DNA of 61,707 nucleotides, counting the filler, from Choristocarpus tenellus KU-1152 (taxonomy: Eukaryota; Protista; Phaeophyceae), in assembly GCA_964200185.2 (NCBI GenBank). It is 8 parts of 8 records of this genome, joined end to end, with 100 filler letters (N's around TTAATTAATTAA, not from the genome) between each part and the next. Parts side by side here need not be neighbours in the genome. Positions count along the whole stretch, not along the records: positions 49,064 to 58,892 come from CAXNAD020003355.1; positions 58,993 to 61,707 come from CAXNAD020025361.1; 6 more parts are not named here. The stretch is one strand, 5' to 3'. The notes beneath the pieces are model-generated. The model saw nothing but the letters and a program-made list of their open reading frames with translations, made no database searches and had not been told where the DNA came from. The position numbers and the translations under genes are program-made. Positions 52,701 to 61,707 of the stretch are shown piece after piece (position 1 is the stretch's first letter; every line of letters begins with the position of its first letter).

Positions 52701-54550
52701 TGAGGCCTCGCTTGCCAGGTGACCCATGGGCTTTCCCATGTATACACCCCAAGGACATGCACCTGCCGTTTCCTCGAGAAAAGATATTCACACTTAGATA
52801 TATGTACCCTCATCCTCTATAAGATACTGTAAATTGGGGAAAGACTGTAGTGGTTTTACTGGATGGAGTCATAGAGATAGCAACCTTCACCCACAAACTT
52901 TGTCCCCTTAAGTACCTCTCACAAGGTTTAACACCATTGGGATAGAGGTCAAGTATTATAATAGTATTGGTATTATTTGCTGCACTTAAATTTGAGGACT
53001 ATCCCAACGTGTGGTGAGAGTCACTACTTACTTGTCACACTAACTGTTGGCATACTGTTGCATTACAACTAACTAATTTTATCTGTTCTTGCCTTGTTAA
53101 TTGAATGTTGGGTTCAGAAGTTTCATTGCTTGACACTCCATCTCCCCCCTCAAATCTTGTCTCAGACCCACCTAGAAGTTTCCACCTTGATCTTGGTACA
53201 TCGTTTCTGTGGTATAGTGACAGACAGGATAGTACAGGTGTACAACATATTGTACTTGCCATGCAGAAGAGGACAATCGAAACCAGATTCCTTGAAAAAA
53301 ACGTCTGGCATCAAAGGAGTTCAACCAGTGAAACTCGTGATTTAGGTTGGTGTGGTACTTGCCATCACAACCCCACAACATATGCACTAAAGAACAAAAC
53401 TTTCAGTTCCAGTCGCCTCCAACTCGATGTGGACAAAACAGGACACCCAAGCTAAATCCTAAAAGAGTAAAGCCTCAAATATCGCTTTTCTCCTGATTTA
53501 TGTAGATGGTGACAAAGACAGATTTGAAGAATGTTGGAAGTGAAAGATGTAGTGGAGGTTCCACAAGCTGGAGACATCAACAGATTGCTGGGTTTGATGA
53601 AGGTTTGGCACCTCACCACAAACGTCATTCGTGACTCCCATCTCTATTCCAAAAATACTCTTTGACACGATTTTGCTGAAGGGTGTAAGTAGCACAGCAT
53701 TTCCATTCTCCTTGCGTTTAATATTTATACTGAATTCAAGATTCAACATCACTTCCACCGCCAGTCACCCAATTGGCATCTTACATCTGCCAGTTTTACA
53801 GGTCCCTGGTGGAAAATGGGGCTAGAGGGCTAGCAAATATACACAAAATCATAGCGGCCATTCTTGAATGTCCAGCCAAAGTGCAACCTTTACTTCAGAC
53901 TTCTCATGTCGGTTGTGAGGCTTTGATGGGATACAGCTATATTAACCAATTTCAAACAATCACATGCCTTTAACATGTATGGCAAGGTTAGTAGTCGCCT
54001 TTTGCTGAACAGTTGGTTGCTGACATGATATTTTTTTTATTTCTCAATGTTGTTTCTCTTTCCTCCTCTTCGTGAGGTGCAGGGCCCAGGCACATGAGAT
54101 GAAATTGCAAGCGACATCTATGAGTGAAGGAAGGGCATATTCGGCGCATGTTCGACCTAGTATAGATACGAAAAAGGGTATGTTCTCCCCATGCACTCCG
54201 AAAGATCTTGAACATACCCTCACGTTGTCCATTTTGAGTGGCAGGAAGTAGGTCGCAATAAAGTAGTTTTTTGTTGTGATAATTGACCACACAATCCCAC
54301 TTTCAGGCACTTCGAGATTGCCTTCATCACACTGAACAAAACGAGTGCAAACAATGTAAACAGTGCCACACTGCAAACGAACTCATCAAGTTTACCAAGT
54401 GCAAGCAAGGACAAGGACCCCAAATTGATGCCTCTGGATACAACCATGGAAAGTAAAGGGGTCACGCTGCTTCCCTCCATGCGATATAGGGTGTGACAAG
54501 GATGGTACCTGGTAGGTACCGAAAAACAGGACCTCCTTGTATACTTCATA
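49800..54550 (-). mobile_element. Possible decayed KDZ/Zisupton-like DNA transposon with a Ulp1-like protease segment
   Basis: Fragments GIV.NYHNKKLLYCDLL..FRSAW..LMC (~54300-54080), NHNHWFLCV...SFD (~52490-52420), P*QT.G.D (~52020), and LPKAQV.TY...LN.E...WHWHG(H) (~50350-50195). Heavily frameshifted and recognised by eye. Confidence 0.35.
52080..52338 (+). mobile_element. MITE family A copy 6
   Basis: GAGCCAAAGTATCTTAGAGGG...CCCTCTAAGATTCTTCCACTC with a perfect 4-bp TSD CAAT/CAAT. Confidence 0.92.
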
Positions 54551-54729
54551 TCAATTTCTTAAATGTCACTAACGCCACTCGTCTAGAAATTGCGCATGAA
54601 AACGAAAAAACACTCCATTCCGCCCAACTTCCACCTCTTTATTCAAAACCTCAACTTATGAATTTAGGCTTCGCAATAATCAACCCTCAAAAAGAAAGAG
54701 GCAAGGAGAAAAGTAAGCATTCAACATGC

Positions 54730-55680
54730 ATTGTGACTGTGCCCTGATCTCTTCGGGGTATCTTTGCTGCCTCTTTAGCATAGCGTGCGTCAACTATCAC
54801 AGCTTCCCTGCCATATCACTCGTCCATGAATCTCTTTTTTCCAACAACCACACACTCGTGTTTCACCTCTGTCGGTTTGTTGTCCATGTACTCTATCCTT
54901 TAACTGTCGATTGGAGCTTCTCAAGGTCATCATGGTGGCACATCCACCAGTCTGTTCTCCTGCCTACCGAGCTCATCTTTCCTCTGCAAGTTCCCCAAAA
55001 ATATGAGCGTCAATAAGATTCGCTCATCTCTCAAACAAGAATCCTCGTTTTCGTACAGTCACCCCGATACTGTCGCACCCAATCTTCACAAGGACATCCT
55101 TGTAAGTGTGTGATCCATGCGTTCCCGTTTGTGATTTTCGAAGCTGCGCAGGAAGAATTTGTGATGGTGAGAGCATAGGTTCATATTGTGGACCAGGTCG
55201 AGTGTTCACGTCACACAACCATATAACAGGACCTCGAGTGCTTCAGTGTTGAGAATCTCAACCTCATATGATATACGTGTGATTCTTTTATAAAGCACTT
55301 TAACACTGTACTTGTGGAAATAAACCCAGGCTTTTGATACTGTTGACTGATCTGCGCAGTGATATCAGGTTCACCACTGGTGGTATTTCCAAGACCAACA
55401 ACTCGTCAATCTGGTTTGGACATGGATTTACATAATGTCCTGGACCATGTTGGAAGGTCAAAGCCACATGACCTCCGTACTGATCTGGCCACCTTCACAA
55501 ACATTGCTATTATCCTAGCCAGACATCCATGGGCATTAGATAATGCCCCCATCGTCAGCATAGGGCATACCTCACGGACGCCGGTCAAATGTCCTGTCGT
55601 TCCTCCTCCTCTGACTTGATCGTGACTCGCACCTCTTCCTTAATAAGATTCTTCGAGATGATTGGGTCAGCGTGGAACTC
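54730..55680 (-). mobile_element. RTE-clade LINE remnant including the RT catalytic motif
   Basis: GMPYADDGGII (~55570-55540), AWVYFHKYS, EALEVLLYGCVT*, YKDVLVKIGCDSI..TVRKR, WWMC..DDL. Homologous to 34710-35470. Confidence 0.88.
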
Positions 55681-56569
55681 TTTTAAAAAACGCTAAGGTC
55701 AGTATGTTAGCACTTCAGGGACGAAGAGGTTAAAGAGGATGGGAACATGAACACATCCTTGACCTTGAGGAAGGACTTACCTGACTTCAAACCAATTATT
55801 ACCATTTCCATCATCCTGACATATATGAAGATGCTTCCCCCCATTTTGTACAAATGATGTAAGGAAAATAGGGTATTTCATAATGGAGTACGTTGAATAG
55901 AATGAGGTTCGCAACATTACAATTTCTGTGTGGTTGAGAGGGTAATTGACTACTCTTACTTTATCGAGGTTACGACCAATCTCATTTGTACTATATATAC
56001 TACTATTCTATGTGTTGTATACCAATAATGTTATGTAAAAGAAGATGGGAAGGGAGAGATATTTTCATCTTATTTCATGTCTATATTATTTGTTTTTTCT
56101 ATGTATTTCAAGTACTAAAATACTATACTGTATACATATGATTAATAATAGTATATTTATATACCACAACCTATATTTTTTGTTGGTGGATACTTGTTTC
56201 GACACTTGATACTTACTACTTTATACTTGACAGTTGATACCACGTTACAGAAAACTGATTGAAGATGTGGAGAATACTCTTTTGATTTCAAATTTGGTCA
56301 TTTTGGTTGGAAAATGTAACGCTTCGATATGAAAAAAATATATATTGCATTGAATTCCATCATTACTGTGATCAAGAGAGATGACGAGGAGTACTGACGA
56401 CTTACCTCTTGTACATACCCTTACTAAGAACTGAATATATCACTTCCTTCTCGAATACTCTCCTCCTGACTAATCAAGTTTGTGTTTGAGTAAGGGTTAA
56501 TGTCATTGTGACATTTCCGTGTCTGAGGGCCACCCTTCTTTGTGCTTTCTTCTTATTTCACGTTTGAGG

Positions 56570-57587
56570 ATGAGTGCTGTGGCCACGATCACCGCGCTCG
56601 CCCTCGTCTTGATTGGGTCAGCTCCAACAACTGGTTTGATCACATGGAGTGGTCGTGCCACATGTGGTATGCCTTGCCACCGGAAGCTGTCAACCTCTAT
56701 TCTGACTTACGCAAGCAAAGTTGATGACATGAACGTTGCTACCACCGAAGTGGATGTTAGCAAAGGGCAGAGTGAAGGGACTGTTGGGGGTATTAGTCTG
56801 ACATACTTGGAGATCAACTCCTGGATGTGGGAAGTGAACGGACTCAGGGTTCTGGTAGACCCTCTCTTCGGTACTTTAGATTTCGGTATCCCTGCGCTGT
56901 TCCGCGGAGAGAAGAAGGTGGGTGACGTAGAGAGCATATATCGCCAAAGCATTTGGGTATCCTCAACCATACACGTAATTAGGCTCACAGCAAATTCCAT
57001 CTTACATCCCCCAATCTTCCTCAGAAGAAAAGTCTTGAGGAAGGTTTTGTTTCTTCTATTAGATGTTGATTGGGATGTAACTCAACCTACGCGTATTTTC
57101 CCCGCCGAACGGTTGCATGTTGTACTCACCTTTGATGAGATTGCAATTTCTTGCTCACAAGCGCAGAAAAAGAGAGGATCCCATGCAGCAATAGGATCCC
57201 GTAAGGTTTAATATAGATACGACCATGCTGTTAAATGTCGACCTCTAACACTGACGAGTGTTCGTTCTACACTGCCAAACCTTGAGTGCGATCGCTGTCA
57301 ACTCGCATATCTCGAGCTCTCATTGTGGGGCACGCTGGCGACACCAGAGCACTTTTTCATGTGGTTCAACATCATTTCGGCATTTATTTGAGTTGTTGGT
57401 GTGGATTGAAGTCTTCGGCAATAGCATTGCCACTGCCTCCATCTCGCAATCACCTGAATTATAGTCTCTAACCGATTTTTTCTGTGTCTTTTTAAGGTGA
57501 TTCGAGACCACGACGCCAAGATGAAGGAGTTCGCCTCCATTACAGACCACCTCCTCATATCGCAGGGCTTGGACGATCACTGCCATC
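56570..57587 (+). CDS. Metallo-beta-lactamase-fold protein, probably plastid-targeted; first two exons
   Basis: Exon 56570-56917 has a hydrophobic signal peptide and S/T-rich transit-like region, then LTYLEINSWMW...VLVDP..GTLDFGIP.LF.GEKK. Exon 57497-57587 reads LLISQGLDDHCH. Both match the cyanobacterial/plant Lactamase_B_3-like family. Confidence 0.88.
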
Positions 57588-58725
57588 GTGAGAAGTCGTT
57601 TTCGTCCCCCACCCACCCTTGCCTTTGTTACGATCATCAAGAAACCAAGTGGTTGCCCGGTCCTTCGAGATCAGTTTGATTTCTGATGGGTGCAATGAAG
57701 ATCTATTGATTTATATTTGTGTGTTTGTGTGTGTATGTATCTTCAATGTTTTTTTCTTCCTAGCCTGTTGAGAACCGAAAGCATGTCCCGAAGGACTGTA
57801 AATGAAGGATGCAATGATACGTAGCTCCCTTGCTATGTTCGCCTGTTGTTCAATGTGCTATGTGTGTTGATTCCTTTTGGAATTATTAATTTTTTTCTGA
57901 ACAGTCTTGTGGTTTCAAGTAATTCCCTGACATCTATGCTGTTGCTGCTGGTGTTTTATGATGTTGCCCCTCCTATGTGATCCTATCCTAGGCTTTCTAC
58001 CTGATCCTACGTAACTTCTGAGCATGTGGTGGATCGGGGTTACTCGCCCACAAATATTTAGTATCATGTGCCAGTTTTTACCACTTACACAATCAGTAGT
58101 GCAGCACCTTCATGTGAGTGGCAGTGTGCATGCCCAAACCACAGAAAGATAGATATGTGCAATACTTGTACCTTGTATCTTGAGAAAGATTGTAACTTCA
58201 GTCCAGTGTTTTTCCTGTGTCCTTTGTGGTGTATCGTACATCACCATCGAATGTCTCTTACTTTGTTAGTACATACAGCACCTTGCAACTTTTTGGGGAT
58301 TCTCTGTGTCTTCTTTGCAGGGGCAAGGACAAATCACATGCTGAGGTCAAATCAGAGGTTGGCAAAATGAAATATTGTTAGACATTGCATTTAGGTATCC
58401 CTGCAAGAAATGTGATCAAAAGCACTCAGAGATTGTGACCTGATACCTTTGTACCCACTCCCCCATTCAAACAACCCTGAACGATTTTTTGAACACTACT
58501 AGTTCGTGCTTGCATTGGATGAGGTCAGCATCCAAGGGTTCACTAGTCATAAGCAATTGACACCTTGCATTGAACTATTTTCTTGAAAACACGCTTAGAT
58601 TGACAAATATTGTCACCGGTATGTGATACCCTTGTCCAAGGCCACTCCAATCATACTCAATTCACTGTTACACCATTTTTAGTCGAAATTGTTCTTCACA
58701 ATCGGATTTCTCCATGTCTGTTTTT

Positions 58726-58892
58726 GGCTCAAAGCATCTGTGGGGGGTGGCGGCTGTCCATTTGGGGCCAATTTTTTTTATGTTGCGATTTTTGGGTGAT
58801 TTGGTTGCTTATTTCAAATGGATAATTTAAGTGCACTTTTCATGGTTATGACCCAAATGGACACCCTGTTGCAGACCCGCCCCCTCCCGCGC
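58726..58892 (+). mobile_element. MITE family B, nearly full length, truncated in the right poly-C tract
   Basis: GGCTCAAAGCATCTGTGGGGGGTGGCGGCTGTCCATTTGGGG...CCCAAATGGACACCCTGTTGCAGACCCGCCCCC. Further termini at 58993-59031 (inverted) and 61686-61707. Confidence 0.82.
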
Positions 58893-60655
58893 NNNNNNNN
58901 NNNNNNNNNNNNNNNNNNNNNNNNNNNNNNNNNNNNTTAATTAATTAANNNNNNNNNNNNNNNNNNNNNNNNNNNNNNNNNNNNNNNNNNNNTGGACAGC
59001 CGCCACCCCCCCCCCCCCAACCCCAGATACTTCCTTACTTACACTCCACAAGTTCTTGTACGTCAGTACTAGAATAATAATACAGTCATACATCAGCAGG
59101 CAGCTGGTCATCACGCATTCGAGTTTGTATGTCTATATTGTTTGGGGAAAAGTGATCGGGATCATTCAGTAGAGTGAAGAGTAGTACATTGTTCATTTAT
59201 ATTAACATTTAAATAATTACTTTAAATCCGACTTATCGTTGCTGCTGGGATTTAAATAATGACTATATACCTGATAAATATATACTATATTATTTGTGTT
59301 ACTATAGAGGAGGGGGTTATTTATGGTTTAATCATAGGGAATCTATGGTAGAGTCTTCTCTTCATACTTTCAATCGGTTGTACATCCCATCCCTCCACTC
59401 CCAAACCTATTATAACAGCCGATTTCAAAAATTGAGGATGGAGCTTTTCATTGAGGATGGGCTTGACCCAAAATTGACAGGGATAAAGTGTTGATAAATA
59501 TAGCTGTTTTATGGCGATACCTTTACCAAGAGAGGTTTTCATCCACCACAGTCAGAGTCACAGTCCCAGGAACTAAACAGAACATACGTTCATGCATTTT
59601 CAACATAGACATGGTGGGTGAGGCACAAGATCGAAAATCCTCAACGATTCCAATAGAGGCTAAAACGTCCGATCCCCTAGGATACTCTTGACTCCAAAAA
59701 ATAGCTTTCAATTAATTGTGTAATTTTTATGTTTCCTTAAAATACGTATGTATATATTATATATGTATGTCACAAACTACACACTCTATGGTGAACACAA
59801 CAATCCATTCATCATCCCCCTTCTTTATTCGTGGCATTTTAACATTTAATAGCACACCACAAACCCAAGAATAAGAGATGACAAGCATAACAGCAGTAAA
59901 TAAATAGCGGCAATGACCTTACCAATCGCCAAGAAAGAGGATAATCGCAGCAGGGAGTTGGTGGCCTTTCCAAACTCTTCTGGTTAGTCATCATCATTGA
60001 TGCTATTATTATTATTGTTGCCATCTCTTCAACTCACCAATAAGGTCACGACCGTTACTACTATTAATAGAACAAATACAAACAAGTGAGAACACACAGA
60101 CAGACCATTGTGGGAAGAGAGACATAATGAACCGCACTGGTACACATAATCTCGATAATATTACTGATAGAAGAGACAATTCTTCTCCCCCCCGAACAAG
60201 GACCCTCAATAATGAAGGGACAAGGGATACAAGTCACACGCACAACACCATCCCAGATGAAGCCGGAATTCCTTCCCATCGAAAACATCTACAAGGCACA
60301 AAAACGTCAATATTGTTTCACCTCCAAATAAAAAAACGCAACAATCCACAAGAAAGGTAAGAACATTTCACTCTTGTTCCGGCCTTTCAACAATTTTAAT
60401 TGTTCAGTTGGGATAGAAACCGCACAACCGCTCTCACAAACTCATCGGAATGTATTGCGACAGGTTTCGCCTACACTGCTGCTACTGTACAGTAGAGAAC
60501 CCTAACCCTAGGTCAGTACATCCTGCTTTCGTACTATTTACTATTATTGTTCTTGTTCCCCCTGGCACCACATCGATGGAAATCACACAACACCCTCAAG
60601 TTCACAAACACAGTTCGCACAAAACATCGCCACTCCTACTACACACTATCGTCTT

Positions 60656-61215
60656 TCACGTTCCCCCTGGCGCTGAGGACGGAAACATCCTTGACGGAGT
60701 CATCGATAACGTCCGCGACGGCAACGCCATCCCTCCTGGCCCCATGCCCACGTCGTGGACCGTCCCTTCCCTCGCCTCCCCGACCGATCGAGTCACGCCC
60801 TGCCGATCCGCCGCTCCAATCGACTGAATCAAGACATTTGGCAAGGCCCCAACAGCGAGGAGAGGTTGCCCCCGTTGTTGTTGTTGCTGCTGCAGCTCAC
60901 CATCTTGTTGCGGAGGTTGGTTTCCTGGGCGGCGGACAACATGCTGCATCCCTTGCTGTGCAGGAGACTGATGGGTTTTGTCAGGTTCTGGCATGCGCAC
61001 TGTTTGTGTACACATGATTGCTCCCTTTGAATCGATGTGTACGCGCTGCTGCTGCTGCTGCTGCTTGGTCTGGAACAAAGACATCCTGTTCGGTCTTTCC
61101 TGTTCTTGCTTCTGGAGGTCTTGACCTCCTTTCCCCACCTATTAAGAAAATTGATATTCGTTTGCCAATAATGTTCGGAAGTTCGTTGCAGCCCATCGCC
61201 AGCAGGGACAGACAT
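60656..61215 (-). CDS. Low-complexity (poly-Q or poly-S/N) probable coding exon, frame unresolved
   Basis: GC/CpG-rich segment with CAG/CAA triplet runs and two overlapping open minus frames (60656-61138 and 60829-61215). A minus-strand gtgagt donor lies at ~61673. Confidence 0.3.
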
Positions 61216-61707
61216 ATGAATCGATACAAATCAAAGGTCAGAGGTGTTTTGACGCGAAATCATCATGGTCATCAATATTCGGGTGGATAGTCATCATGCC
61301 AACACTACCACTGCTACTACAAACGGATAATAACGAAAATTGCTATCATAGTATTTCATAGTACTTGATAAGAATTGAGGCGAGTATAGATAAGTGGCAT
61401 TTAAATTTGAACTAACGTACGAAACCTTACTACACTCAATAATAATAATAATAATAATAATACATCTTCAAAACTGAACTTGCAATGAATACTCCTAGAA
61501 AAATATTAACCCTAACCCTAACCTTAACCTTAACAATCTGACAAAGTGAAGAAAAGAGAGTGTTGATGGTGTGTATTTCAGGTATGTCTCTGACCCTAGT
61601 CTTAAAAGGTCGAGTTTTCTGAGATGAGCTGGCGGAAGGGCTGAGAGGACAGTCCTGTAAATGTATCACTCACCTCAAAACAATAGGCTCAAAAGTATCT
61701 GGGGGGG

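Noticed and set aside
54730-54900. Cys/Trp-containing fragment first read as a SWIM zinc finger of the KDZ-like element
   Set aside because: Better explained as the 3' end of the adjacent RTE LINE ORF.
15034-58992. Recurrent palindrome TTAATTAATTAA
   Set aside because: Always centred in 100-bp N blocks, so it is an artificial six-frame-stop linker. It also invalidates any gene-cluster interpretation across contigs.

Overview
Eukaryotic, intron-rich DNA, not a prokaryotic locus. The TTAGGG-type repeats, GT-AG introns, RTE-LINE and mariner families, and a bipartite-targeted metallo-beta-lactamase fit a stramenopile, probably a brown alga (inference). The window is about 8 contigs joined by artificial 100-bp N44-TTAATTAATTAA-N44 linkers, so gene order across linkers has no biological meaning. 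Spliced genes I can support: an ankyrin-repeat-containing gene (-, about 100-5033) divergent from a TMTC-like O-mannosyltransferase (+, 5332-13842); an SZT2/KICSTOR-like 5' part (+, 19060-22136); an FkbM methyltransferase with a GC-AG intron (+, 27741-28380); the 3' half of a fungal-type zf-MYND protein (-, 37387-44634); and a probable plastid metallo-beta-lactamase-fold gene (+, 56570-57587). Mobile DNA: six copies of a ~260-bp GAG...CTC MITE with mostly 4-bp TSDs (Sola-like); a related poly-G MITE at many contig ends; a TA-flanked mariner-type MITE; a decayed DD37D mariner transposase; two RTE LINE remnants; CRE/R2-like remnants; and a possible decayed KDZ/Zisupton-like element carrying a Ulp1-like protease. 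I cannot demonstrate a new multi-gene system. The best leads are the two linked MITE families, the KDZ-Ulp1 relic and an apparent CpG-methylation footprint.
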